In this document: piece after piece, positions 55,309 to 64,000 of the stretch
Layout of the letters: every line of letters starts with the position of its first letter
How positions within the stretch are numbered: position 1 is the first letter of the stretch
Assembly (NCBI GenBank): GCA_963549275.1
Contig: CAUUYA010000004.1
Location: 37,697 to 101,696, forward strand
Direction: 5' to 3'
Origin: an uncultured Candidatus Saccharibacteria bacterium
GTDB lineage: Bacteria > Patescibacteriota > Saccharimonadia > Saccharimonadales > Saccharimonadaceae
DNA length: 64,000 bases
Position numbers and translations under genes: made by a program
The notes under the pieces: model-generated
What the model saw: the letters and a program-made list of their open reading frames with translations, nothing else
Databases searched by the model: none
Told to the model about the DNA's origin: nothing

Positions 55309-56907
55309 TCAAGAGACAGCCGCTCTAATCAGTCCAGCAAACAGTGGATGCGGCCGCATTGGCCGCGAACGAAACTCGGGGTGCGCTTGCGTTGCGACAA
55401 AATAGCGGCAATTTGGCGCCTCGACAAATTCGACTAGCCGCCCGTCTGGCGATAAGCCCGACACCGCCACGCCACCGCGGGCAATCTCATCTAGAAATTG
55501 CTGATTCACCTCATATCGGTGGCGGTGGCGCTCCTCGGTATGATCCGACTGATATACTTTGGAAGCAAGCGACCCTGGCGTGAATACTGCCGGATAATTG
55601 CCCAGCCGCAACGTACCGCCAGTCGATTCTTTGCCCTCTTGGCCAGGCATAATATACACCACATCATGCGTCGTAGCATCGTCAAACTCCGTGCTGTTAG
55701 CATCGTCGAGCCCGGCTCGCCGCGCCGCCGCAATTACCGCTGTCTGCAAACCTAAGCAAATCCCCAAATACGGCACGTCGCGCTCAAGCGCATACTGCGC
55801 CGCCGCAATCTTGCCCTCAATCCCGCGCGGACCAAAGCCGCCTGGCACCAGCAGAGCATCAACCGTCTCGAAATCGCGCTCGGTAACTGTTTCGGCATTG
55901 AGCCACTTGATGTGCAGACCAACATTCTCGTGCCAAGCCGCACTCTTGAGCGCCTCGGTCACCGACAGATAAGTATCCTTGTTTTCCATATACTTAGCAA
56001 CTAAACCGACAGTCACGATATCAGTTGGCTTTTTGCTTTGCAATTGAGTTAACGCTTGCCATTTCGCGAGATTCGGCTGAGCAAAATTACCAGTGAACTT
56101 ATCGAGAATGGTCATCAATGGGCTAGCGGCTATCCGCTCGGGAATCATAAATACGGTATCGAGATTTGGCAGCATCAGCACTCCCGGCAAGTCAACACCA
56201 CCGTACAAAGCAATTTTTTGAGCAACTGACTCAGGCGCTGGCTCGTCGCTGCGGACAACCACAATCTCTGGCACGATACCGAAACCGCGCAAATCGTTTA
56301 AGGCATTTTGCGCCGGCTTGCTCTTGAATTCCTTACTGGTATCAATAAACGGCACATAAACCACATGCGCGTATAAACAGCGTTCCTTACCAATTTTGTG
56401 AGCAAATTCGCGAATCGCCTCGATGAAGCTTAACCCCTCGTAGTCGCCCACTGTACCGCCGATTTCTACGATGTGCACATCGCTGCCTTCGCCAGCCGCA
56501 ATGATTGACTCTTGAATGGCATGCGTTAAGTGCGGGATTAGTTGGACAGTTTTGCCGTGAAATTTACCGGCGCGTTCATCGGCAATCAGCTCTGACAATA
56601 AGCGTCCCGCCAGCGTAGCGTTTTTCTGCGTCAACTCTATATCTAGAAACCGCTCGTAATGGCCGAGGTCAAGGTCGGTCTCGGCACCGTCGCGCGTCAC
56701 GAAGCATTCGCCGTGCTCTGCCGGGTTAAGCAAACCCGCATCCACATTGAGATACGGGTCGCATTTCTGAATTGAGACTTTGATACCCTTGGCCTGGAGA
56801 ACCGCACCGATGCTCGCAGCGGTAATTCCCTTCCCTACCCCCGAGAGAACGCCGCCAGTTACGAAGATATATTTTGTCTGTTTGCCCATGTATGATTGCT
56901 CTTTCAT
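55309..56907 (-). CDS. pyrG: CTP synthase
   Basis: 'KYIFVTGGVLSGVGKG', 'ETDLDLGHYERF', GATase 'GICLGLQ', 'RHRHRYE', 'QAHPEF'. Confidence 0.97.
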   Translation of the reverse strand: MKEQSYMGKQTKYIFVTGGVLSGVGKGITAASIGAVLQAKGIKVSIQKCDPYLNVDAGLLNPAEHGECFVTRDGAETDLDLGHYERFLDIELTQKNATLAGRLLSELIADERAGKFHGKTVQLIPHLTHAIQESIIAAGEGSDVHIVEIGGTVGDYEGLSFIEAIREFAHKIGKERCLYAHVVYVPFIDTSKEFKSKPAQNALNDLRGFGIVPEIVVVRSDEPAPESVAQKIALYGGVDLPGVLMLPNLDTVFMIPERIAASPLMTILDKFTGNFAQPNLAKWQALTQLQSKKPTDIVTVGLVAKYMENKDTYLSVTEALKSAAWHENVGLHIKWLNAETVTERDFETVDALLVPGGFGPRGIEGKIAAAQYALERDVPYLGICLGLQTAVIAAARRAGLDDANSTEFDDATTHDVVYIMPGQEGKESTGGTLRLGNYPAVFTPGSLASKVYQSDHTEERHRHRYEVNQQFLDEIARGGVAVSGLSPDGRLVEFVEAPNCRYFVATQAHPEFRSRPMRPHPLFAGLIRAAVS

Positions 56908-56938
56908 GGGCCCTTATTATAGCATAACCGCTTAGAGT

Positions 56939-56954
56939 ACGCTATATGTAGCGT
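56939..56954. promoter_or_regulatory. NrdR-box-like palindrome over the -35 region of the pyrG promoter
   Basis: ACGCTATATGTAGCGT; TG-extended TATAAT at 56921-56916. Confidence 0.55.
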
Positions 56955-56956
56955 GT

Positions 56957-57130
56957 CTATTGGCAACCCTCGCACATAGTTAGTGTTGCCGGATCAATTG
57001 GCGCTGATGGTAGGCCGTCAGCTTCAGCTTTTTGATCGGCTTCAGCTTGCGCTTTGGCTATCTCGCGTTCAATCGCCTCGAGTTTTTCCTCGAGCGTCAT
57101 GTCGTCGTTAATTATCGCTGATGGATTCAT
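56957..57130 (-). CDS. 57-aa protein ending in CxxCQ; candidate stand-alone RNR redox tail
   Basis: MNPSAIINDDMTLEEKLEAIEREIAKAQAEADQKAEADGLPSAPIDPATLTMCEGCQ; SD AAGGGG; directly after nrdB. Confidence 0.8.
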   Translation of the reverse strand: MNPSAIINDDMTLEEKLEAIEREIAKAQAEADQKAEADGLPSAPIDPATLTMCEGCQ

Positions 57131-57192
57131 TATTTCCCCTTTACTTATATTCATTATAGGCTAATAGACCGCTTATTCAATTGCTAAAACTG

Positions 57193-58191
57193 TTACTTTA
57201 CGGTGTTAACTTCATAGTTCGTATTGGTGCTTTCAAAGAAATTGACTAATTCAAGCGTATCGTTGGCCGCCGCCATCCACTTGGCTGGATTAGCTACATT
57301 GTATTCTTTCTCGAAGCCTAATTCTTCTAAACGGCGGTCAGTCATAAACTTGACATACTGGTTCACATAATCCGCATTCAAGCCCAAGATACCCTTTGGC
57401 AGCATGTCTTTGTTATAAGCCTCTTCAAGCGCCACCGCCTGCAAAATCAGATCGCGAATCTCGTCGGCGAATTCTTGCGTCTGCAAATCTGGGTTCTCGT
57501 CAAGAATTGTCAACAGCAGGTTAATACCGAAAGTTAAATGCAGATTTTCGTCCTTGGTAATCCAATCTAGCAAACTGCCGACATTGCGCAGCAAATTGCG
57601 CCGGCGGAAACTCATGCCGACCATAAAACCGCTATAGAACCAAATGCCTTCGAGTACAATATTATAAGCTACCAGATTGCGCACAAAATCTTTCTTACCC
57701 TCGGTAGTAGTAACATCCAGCTTATCATTCAACATGCGGCCGACATACTTAGTCTGGAAGTCAGACTTATCTTTCAAGCTTTTCTTGCCGTAGCCTGCCG
57801 CGTAAATTTCTTGGCGGTCAAACGGAAAGGTCTCGATAATGTATTCAAAGGTCATAAAGTGGTTAGCTTCTTCCCACATCTGTTTCGATAAGTACAAGTG
57901 CGCCTCAGCAGCATTGACGTATGGATAAATACCAAAAGCTAACGACTTATTGATAAGTAATTCGTTTGGGTTTAAGTAACTAATCACCGTTTTCAGCGCA
58001 TGTTTTTCGTCGTCGGTCAGCTTCTCAAACGCTGCCAGATCTTGCACTAGCTGTACTTCATTCGGAAACCAAGTGTTAGCAACTGCCTGATTGTACAAAT
58101 CCATCGCCCATTGGTAGCGTACTGGCTTGAGTTGCAAGCCGTCGCGCAGGCCTGATCCCAAAATACCTTGCGGTTGTGTTGTTTGCGTCAT
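57193..58191 (-). CDS. nrdB: Ribonucleotide reductase beta subunit, class Ic (R2c, Mn/Fe)-type
   Basis: Ferritin-like ligands NELL (Glu as first ligand), EEANHFMTF (Phe at the radical-Tyr position), LEGIWFYSGF, DENLH; C-terminal NFFE...Y. Confidence 0.92.
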   Translation of the reverse strand: MTQTTQPQGILGSGLRDGLQLKPVRYQWAMDLYNQAVANTWFPNEVQLVQDLAAFEKLTDDEKHALKTVISYLNPNELLINKSLAFGIYPYVNAAEAHLYLSKQMWEEANHFMTFEYIIETFPFDRQEIYAAGYGKKSLKDKSDFQTKYVGRMLNDKLDVTTTEGKKDFVRNLVAYNIVLEGIWFYSGFMVGMSFRRRNLLRNVGSLLDWITKDENLHLTFGINLLLTILDENPDLQTQEFADEIRDLILQAVALEEAYNKDMLPKGILGLNADYVNQYVKFMTDRRLEELGFEKEYNVANPAKWMAAANDTLELVNFFESTNTNYEVNTVK

Positions 58192-58224
58192 ATTTCCTCC
58201 TTATGATTGTGATTTTAGCAACGT

Positions 58225-60633
58225 TTATGATTGTTTGCGCCGAGCAAAGCCGAAACCGCTTACCCTTTTCGCGCTGTCGGTACGAACTTTCTGTACTGAT
58301 TGCGACGTGACGGTGGTTTGCTCGGATTGATGGCGCGGCTTGACATGCAGATAATATGTCGTTTTCAAACCGCGGCGCCACGCTTCTGAATAGATTTCGA
58401 TATATTCATCAATATCGCGCGACTCCAGGTACATATTGCGGCTAATTGCTTGGTCGACCCATTTTTGCGCTCGCGCCGCCACCTCGATAAAGGCGTATGG
58501 GCTCAGCTGAAAACTAGTTTTGTAGACATCGCGGACTGCTTGCGGAATTTGCTCAAAACCTTGGATATCGCCCTGATTCGCCAGCAAGTCGTCTTTGAGC
58601 GATTCCCACAGATTAAGTTGTTTGAGTTTACGCACTAAATTAGCATTAACCTCTAGGAATTTGCCGTTAAGTGTACTACGGCTAAAAATTTGGCTAAACT
58701 GCGGGTCAAGTCCCGGCGTCGTACCTGCTACATGCGAGATATTGGCTGTCGGTGCGATCGCCATCAAAGTTGCGTTACGCATGCCTTTTTTGACTTTTTG
58801 GCGCAGCGCTTCCCAATCCAAGCGCGATTTACTATCAATTTTTACCTTAACGCCGCGCTCTGTTGTAAGTTTATCAACAGTATCGATAGGCAGTAAGCCC
58901 TTGCTCCAGCCGCTGCCAGCAAAGTTCGGATAGCTGCCGCGCTCAGCCGCTAGATTGGCTGATTCATCAATGGCATGGTAGCTGATAAATTCAGTTAGCT
59001 GGTCAACCAGATCGTAGGCAGCTTCGCTTTCATAACTAATCTCTAGCTTCTCCAAAACGTCCGATAAACCCATATAGCCGAGCCCGAGCGCTCGATTCTG
59101 CTCATTACTATGCATAGCTTCGGTAACTGGCGTGTTCGTGATATCAATCAAGTTATCTAACTGGCGCGTGGCGGAGCGCACTGATACCGCCAAACGATCC
59201 CAATCCCAAGTCTTATCAGCATTGAGAAAAGCTGACAAATTCATACTAACCAGATTACAGGTCGCAATATTATTTTCGTCCTCGGGCAAAGTTATTTCGG
59301 TGCACAAATTACTGAGATGGATTGTCCCGGTGTTATTGTTGAGCGCCCGCAAATTGATGGCGTCTTTCCAGGTTAGCCAAGGGTGTCCAGTCGCTTGTAG
59401 ACTACTGAGAATCTGGCAGAATTGTTGGCGGGCCGGCACGACTTCGAAGCGATTAATTTTACCGGCTTCTGCTAGCTTGATATATTCTTGGTAGCGGCGG
59501 CTAAACGCTTCGCCGTATAGTTCGTTTAAGTCGCCGACTTCAGCTGGATCAAACAAATACCAATCCTGCCCATCTTGCACGCGCTTCATAAACTCATCCG
59601 AGATAAACACCGCCGTATCTAGAAATCGCGTCCGCAAGTACGGATCGCCCGAATTCTGGCGCAAATCGAGGAATTGCGAAAAATTAAGGTGCCAGTTCTC
59701 CATATATGCCGCTGCTGCGCCCGCTTTCTTACCCTTGCGCGACACTGCAAACAGTGCCGTATCAATCATTTTCATGAACGGAATCGGACCGGTTGACTCG
59801 GTATTAGTAGTTTTGACAGGACTGCCGGCGGCGCGCAGCTTATTCATACTAATGCCGATACCACCAGTACCTTTAGCAATGAACATAGTGTCGCGAATGC
59901 TTTTGGCTATCGAAGCCATATCGTCCTGAACCTCCATGACAAAACAGTTGCTTAGCTGCGGAAACGAACCGCCAGCGTTAACCCGCGTGCTACCGCCCGG
60001 ACTGTATTCCAGATTAGCCATGTGGCGGTAAAAATCTATCGCCGCCTCGGTCGGATTAGCTTCGTTGAAACTCAAACCCATAGCAATACGCATATTAGTG
60101 AATTGCGGCACCTCGATTGGATCACCACTTTGGCGCCGCAGCGCGTAACGATTGCGGTTGGTCACTACGCCGAGATACTTACTGAGCGAATCCTTGCTCG
60201 GATCGAGCGCCGCCGCCAGCTTTTTGAGGTTAAACAGCTGCGAATCGGCCATTCGTTTATCTAGTAAACCCTCTTTAGCAGCTTGGCGAATATAGATAGG
60301 GAACTTTTGCGCGTGCAGCTTTTTAAGTTCGATTTCGTTAGTATAATCGCCGAGCACTTGCTGGTAGATAGTTCGCAGCAGCAACCGCGCCGCAATCGTA
60401 TCGAAGTCCGGGTCGTCTTTGACATTTTGGACTGCCGTCTGGATAAGCGCTTCATCAAGTTGCTCGGTAGTAATGCCGTCAAACAGTGTCAACTGCAACT
60501 CGGCCGCTATTTGCGCTACCTTCGCAATTTGGTCTGGCAAGCCTTCGCTAGCTGCCAGCAGAGTTAAATTAATTTTGTTAGCGTCAAACGGCTGCTGGCT
60601 ACCGTCGCGCTTCACAACTGTAATATCTGCCAT
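58225..60633 (-). CDS. nrdA: Ribonucleotide reductase alpha subunit with an ATP cone
   Basis: 'VVKRDG' ATP cone, SNCF, SNLCTEI, TCNL, APTANIS, TTYY; no C-terminal cysteines. Confidence 0.96.
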   Translation of the reverse strand: MADITVVKRDGSQQPFDANKINLTLLAASEGLPDQIAKVAQIAAELQLTLFDGITTEQLDEALIQTAVQNVKDDPDFDTIAARLLLRTIYQQVLGDYTNEIELKKLHAQKFPIYIRQAAKEGLLDKRMADSQLFNLKKLAAALDPSKDSLSKYLGVVTNRNRYALRRQSGDPIEVPQFTNMRIAMGLSFNEANPTEAAIDFYRHMANLEYSPGGSTRVNAGGSFPQLSNCFVMEVQDDMASIAKSIRDTMFIAKGTGGIGISMNKLRAAGSPVKTTNTESTGPIPFMKMIDTALFAVSRKGKKAGAAAAYMENWHLNFSQFLDLRQNSGDPYLRTRFLDTAVFISDEFMKRVQDGQDWYLFDPAEVGDLNELYGEAFSRRYQEYIKLAEAGKINRFEVVPARQQFCQILSSLQATGHPWLTWKDAINLRALNNNTGTIHLSNLCTEITLPEDENNIATCNLVSMNLSAFLNADKTWDWDRLAVSVRSATRQLDNLIDITNTPVTEAMHSNEQNRALGLGYMGLSDVLEKLEISYESEAAYDLVDQLTEFISYHAIDESANLAAERGSYPNFAGSGWSKGLLPIDTVDKLTTERGVKVKIDSKSRLDWEALRQKVKKGMRNATLMAIAPTANISHVAGTTPGLDPQFSQIFSRSTLNGKFLEVNANLVRKLKQLNLWESLKDDLLANQGDIQGFEQIPQAVRDVYKTSFQLSPYAFIEVAARAQKWVDQAISRNMYLESRDIDEYIEIYSEAWRRGLKTTYYLHVKPRHQSEQTTVTSQSVQKVRTDSAKRVSGFGFARRKQS

Positions 60634-60740
60634 CGTTTCCTTTCTTATTTTTAGCTGCTATTTTTGAGCGCAAAAAACTAGCTAGACCATCTGGGTCTGC
60701 TTTGCGCAATTTATTTGCATATTTGTCTATTTTACTAAAC

Positions 60741-60789
60741 ACTATACATATAGCGTCTGTATACCAAGCATAAACGCTAAATATGGATT
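60741..60789. promoter_or_regulatory. Two tandem NrdR-box-like sites upstream of nrdA
   Basis: ACTATACATATAGCGT (60741-60756) and ACGCTAAATATGGATT (60774-60789), 33 bp apart. Confidence 0.6.
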
Positions 60790-60849
60790 TTTCAAGCATT
60801 TTTGCTAGTAATTTTCACAACTGGCTTGGCCCATGCTATCATGGAAAAT

Positions 60850-61590
60850 ATGGAACCTATTATTTCTATTGCTCATTTCAAGATGCAATTCGGCAAAACC
60901 GAAGTCATCAAGGATCTAAGCTTCGAAGTCAAGCGCGGCGAAACATTCGGCTTTCTCGGCAGCAACGGCTCGGGCAAAACTACCACCATTCGCGCCCTAC
61001 TCGGCATTTACCAGCCAACTGCTGGCGAGCTATTAGTCGGCGGCAAGCCTTATTCGGTATCAAGCGGCATCAAACTAGGTTATCTACCCGAAGAGCGCGG
61101 CCTTTACAAAAAAGAGCCGGTTATCGACATCATGACTTATTTCGGCCAGCTCAAAGGCATGAGCCGCCTCGACGCCCGGCAAAAATCGCTTGATTTTTTG
61201 AAGCGCGTTGACCTGCTCGACAAAGCCAAAACTCGCCTCGATAAGCTCTCGGGCGGCCAGCAGCAAAAAGTCCAGCTCGGCATCACAGTCATCGACAACC
61301 CAGAGCTGCTAATTCTCGACGAGCCAACCAAAGGATTTGACCCAGTTAATCGCCGGCTACTGATGGAAATCATTGAAGAGCACCAGGCCAAAGGCGCTAC
61401 CGTCGTCATGATTACCCACCAGATGGAAGAGGTTGAACGCCTATGCGACCGCATACTGCTGCTCAAAGACGGGGCGGCACATGCTTACGGTACAGTCGCT
61501 AATGTTCGCAAACAATTTGGCGGCAAGTCGCTCGACGATATCTTTGTTCAAGTCTACAGCCACAACAACGAGGAGAAGCAAAATGCATAA
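60850..61590 (+). CDS. ABC transporter ATP-binding protein (ABC-2 type)
   Basis: 'GSNGSGKTT', 'GYLPEERGLY', 'LSGGQQQK', 'LILDEPT'. Confidence 0.93.
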   Translation: MEPIISIAHFKMQFGKTEVIKDLSFEVKRGETFGFLGSNGSGKTTTIRALLGIYQPTAGELLVGGKPYSVSSGIKLGYLPEERGLYKKEPVIDIMTYFGQLKGMSRLDARQKSLDFLKRVDLLDKAKTRLDKLSGGQQQKVQLGITVIDNPELLILDEPTKGFDPVNRRLLMEIIEEHQAKGATVVMITHQMEEVERLCDRILLLKDGAAHAYGTVANVRKQFGGKSLDDIFVQVYSHNNEEKQNA

Positions 61591-62797
61591 TTTATCAACT
61601 GTCATTCGTTTCGAGGTCGTTCGCGCCCTCAAGAAAAAATCGTTCTGGATTCTAGCAATTAGCTTTCCATTGATGTTTGCGGCAATTTTTGGGATGGTCT
61701 TTTTGTCCAATCAAGCTACCAACGACGCTGCCGAAAAGCTCAAAAACCAGTCGTTCAGCATTGCTATTACCGACGAATCAAAGATGGTCAAACCGCAGCT
61801 AATCGCTGCCTCGAAAGCCACCGAAATTAATCCCAGCGACAAGCAAAACGCTATTGACCGCGTCAAAAATGGCCAGCTTGACGCATACATCTACTACCCA
61901 AAGAATCTCGACCAGCAATCAATCGAAGTTTACGGTAAAGATGTCGGTATTTTTGACAACGGCCGCTACGGCAGCCTGGCTAGCAGTCTATTAGCCACCT
62001 CTGTTCGGTCAGACGTTAATCCGGCTATTCAAAAAATTATCCAAGGCAAAATCAACTCGACCAGCACTATTTACCGCGACGGCAAAATCCACGACAGCGT
62101 CCAAGAGATGATCTTGCCGGGTATCTTTTTAATCCTCTTTTATTTCCTAATCACTTTCTTTGGCAATCAAATGCTGACCAGCACCACCGAAGAAAAAGAA
62201 AATCGCGTTATCGAAATGATTCTCACCACTATCGAAGCGCGAACCTTAATCGTCGGCAAAATTATCTCGCTAATAATTCTGGCAATAGTTCAAGGCTTGC
62301 TGGTGGTCTTGCCGGTGCTTATTGGCTACTTGTTTTTCCACGACCAACTAAAGCTACCGTCAGTCGACCTCAGCAGCTTGCCAGTCGACCCTCTACGTAT
62401 CGGCATCGGCTTTCTAGCCTTTGCTAGCAGCTTCATGATGTTTACCGGCCTGCTAGTAGCTATCGGCGCTGCCGTGCCGACCGCCAAAGAAGCTGGCAGC
62501 TTTTTCGGCGTAGTAATGATCTTACTGTTCGGCCCGCTTTATGCCGTTTCAATGTTCATATCAATGCCAGACGCGCCGTTAGTAAAATTCTTGTCGCTCT
62601 TCCCGCTGACATCGCCAATCCCGCTGATGCTGCGCAATGCCGCTGGCAATCTAGGAATCGGCGAAACAGTGATCGGTATCGCCCTGCTGGCCGTTTCTGC
62701 CGCCATCATCATTGCCATCGCCGTACGCATCTTCCGCTTTGGCGCGCTCGAATACAACCGCAAACTCAGCGCCAAAGAAATCTTCGCCCGCAAGTAA
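61583..62797 (+). CDS. ABC-2 type transporter permease (NatB/YhaP-like)
   Basis: N-terminal TM, extracytoplasmic domain, 'EEKENRVIEMIL...GKI', multiple TMs; start MHNLST with SD GAGGAG. Confidence 0.9.
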   Translation: MHNLSTVIRFEVVRALKKKSFWILAISFPLMFAAIFGMVFLSNQATNDAAEKLKNQSFSIAITDESKMVKPQLIAASKATEINPSDKQNAIDRVKNGQLDAYIYYPKNLDQQSIEVYGKDVGIFDNGRYGSLASSLLATSVRSDVNPAIQKIIQGKINSTSTIYRDGKIHDSVQEMILPGIFLILFYFLITFFGNQMLTSTTEEKENRVIEMILTTIEARTLIVGKIISLIILAIVQGLLVVLPVLIGYLFFHDQLKLPSVDLSSLPVDPLRIGIGFLAFASSFMMFTGLLVAIGAAVPTAKEAGSFFGVVMILLFGPLYAVSMFISMPDAPLVKFLSLFPLTSPIPLMLRNAAGNLGIGETVIGIALLAVSAAIIIAIAVRIFRFGALEYNRKLSAKEIFARK

Positions 62798-62917
62798 CGC
62801 TCGCCGCTTATTGAGCGAATATTGCCAAAATTCTCTTAACTTTGCAATAACGTATAATCGGTCAATCTAGAAATTTTCGCCAAGAACATAATCGGTATAA
62901 AAATTCATGCTATTTCC

Positions 62918-63005
62918 TGGCGGAGAGGGCGGGATTCGAACCCGCGATACGTTGCCGCATACACGATTTCGAGTCGTGCGCCTTCAACCACTCGGCCACC
63001 TCTCC
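62918..63005 (-). tRNA. tRNA-Ser (anticodon CGA)
   Basis: GGAGAGGTGGCCGAGTGGTTGAAGGCGCACGACT-CGA-AATCGTG, long variable arm, GGTTCGAATCC, ends CCA. Confidence 0.96.
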
Positions 63006-63047
63006 TTGCATAGGTAATTATACCTTACGCTGCTCTTTTTTGCTAAT

Positions 63048-63097
63048 ATGTTAAAAATATGTAAACTACATACATATACTTTACATATTTTTAACAT
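63048..63097. repeat. Perfect 18-bp AT-rich inverted repeat
   Basis: ATGTTAAAAATATGTAAA-14 nt-TTTACATATTTTTAACAT. Confidence 0.85.
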
Positions 63098-63265
63098 TAC
63101 CACCATTTCCTCGCACGCAGAATTAAACGCCATCTCTCGCCAAACTGCAGATAAAGATATAAAAGGTCTCTTGAATCTAGGGTTGACCTTTTCTGTCAAG
63201 CAGGGGGCTTCCGTGCTGTACTACGCGTCTGATAAACTAAAAACTATGATAAACAAGGAGTAATC

Positions 63266-63673
63266 ATGGACGATTCAATTTTTACCAAAATTATCAAGGG
63301 CGAGATTCCTTGCCGCAAAGTTTACGAAGACGATGATGTTATTGCCTTTCTCGATATCAACCCGCTCAGCGACGGGCATGTGTTAGTGGTGCCCAAAGAG
63401 CAAATTGATTTGATTTGGGACCTCGACAACGAGACTTACGCTCACCTCTGGCAAACTGCCAAAAATATCGCCCAGGCTATCCAGGCCGAGCTTAATCCTA
63501 TGCGCGTCGGCGTAGTCGTTGAAGGCCTCGATGTGCCGCACGCCCACATCCATCTAGTGCCGCTGTATGACCGCGACACCTTGCAGCTCCATCACGACTA
63601 CCCTGTCGATATTTCAGACGAACGGCTCGATAATATCGCCAACAGTATCAAAGAGCGCTTGATTGCCATATGA
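63266..63673 (+). CDS. HIT family hydrolase
   Basis: 'SIFTKIIKGEIP', 'GHVLVVPK', 'VPHAHIHLVP'. Confidence 0.94.
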   Translation: MDDSIFTKIIKGEIPCRKVYEDDDVIAFLDINPLSDGHVLVVPKEQIDLIWDLDNETYAHLWQTAKNIAQAIQAELNPMRVGVVVEGLDVPHAHIHLVPLYDRDTLQLHHDYPVDISDERLDNIANSIKERLIAI

Positions 63674-64000
63674 TCACTGTTGTCGCCGTTGGTAAAAAGC
63701 ATGAGGATTGGGTATCCGACGGCATCAAACGCTACCAAACGCGCTGCAAGCAGCCTTGGAGTTTTGAGTGGCAATTGATACCGCATAGCAAGCTAGATGG
63801 CCAGCAGGCCCGCCAAGAGGAGTCTGAGCGAATTTTAGCGCGTTTACATGCCCAAGACTTCATAATTCTGCTCGACGAACGCGGCCAGACGTTTGACTCG
63901 CCTGCCCTATCGCGCCAGCTAAACGAGCTCTTTGTGCAAGGTAAAAATATCACGATAGTTATCGGCGGCGCCTTTGGTGTCAGCGCAGCACTGACACAGC
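63670..64000 (+). CDS. rlmH: 23S rRNA m3Psi1915 methyltransferase RlmH, 5' part; runs off the window
   Basis: Manual translation MITVVAVGKKHEDWVSDGIKRYQTR...ILLDERGQTFDSPALS...IVIGGAFGVS. Confidence 0.9.
   Translation, partial: MITVVAVGKKHEDWVSDGIKRYQTRCKQPWSFEWQLIPHSKLDGQQARQEESERILARLHAQDFIILLDERGQTFDSPALSRQLNELFVQGKNITIVIGGAFGVSAALTQ

Noticed and set aside
63048..63263. 71-aa ORF upstream of the HIT gene
   Set aside because: Starts inside the AT-rich inverted repeat, has no recognisable motif or SD, and is likely spurious.
21..63953. Numerous short ORFs antisense to or nested within core genes in the ORF track
   Set aside because: They overlap well-supported genes and lack motifs or start signals; treated as shadow ORFs.
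1..64000. Genome-wide TAG (amber) reassignment, suggested by two in-frame TAGs
   Set aside because: Conserved genes (efp, rpsR, ftsK, pheA, pyrH, mscL) end at their expected lengths with TAG, so it is a normal stop; TGA also terminates genes (orn, mutM), consistent with code 11.
1..64000. Apparent abundance of CTAG/GCTAGC
   Set aside because: A spot count in the first kilobase (about 4) is near random expectation; enrichment cannot be claimed without a proper tetranucleotide calculation.

Overview
This is a gene-dense chromosomal segment, almost certainly from a Saccharibacterium (TM7, Patescibacteria/CPR). The attribution rests on the compact type IV pilus cluster pilMNO-x-pilB-pilT-pilC, minimal housekeeping genes, many apparently leaderless genes and CPR-style hypothetical proteins. 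Most of the window is core genes: ychF, tlyA, efp, rpsF-ssb-rpsR, ftsK, rnj, pnp, rpsO, truB, rpsT, holA, mutM, polA, dnaG-rpoD, orn, pyrH, mscL, argS, pyrG, nrdAB, tRNA-Ser and rlmH. Four things stand out. (1) An accessory island at ~46.3-52.0 kb is bracketed by two GC-rich single-ORF transcription units. Their entire RNA, coding sequence included, folds into chains of hairpins, and they share promoter, 5' and terminator motifs. One encodes a DUF1874/AcrIII-1 (YddF-type) ring-nuclease homolog. Between them lies a DEAH-helicase C-terminal module with no motor domains. (2) A class Ic-type (Mn/Fe) ribonucleotide reductase has an NrdA that lacks the C-terminal redox cysteine tail, while a 57-aa ORF right after nrdB ends in CEGCQ, so the tail may be supplied in trans. 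(3) mutM and polA each carry an in-frame palindromic insertion. (4) Two genes are interrupted by a single in-frame TAG. All calls come from reading the sequence by eye; no searches or folding programs were run.
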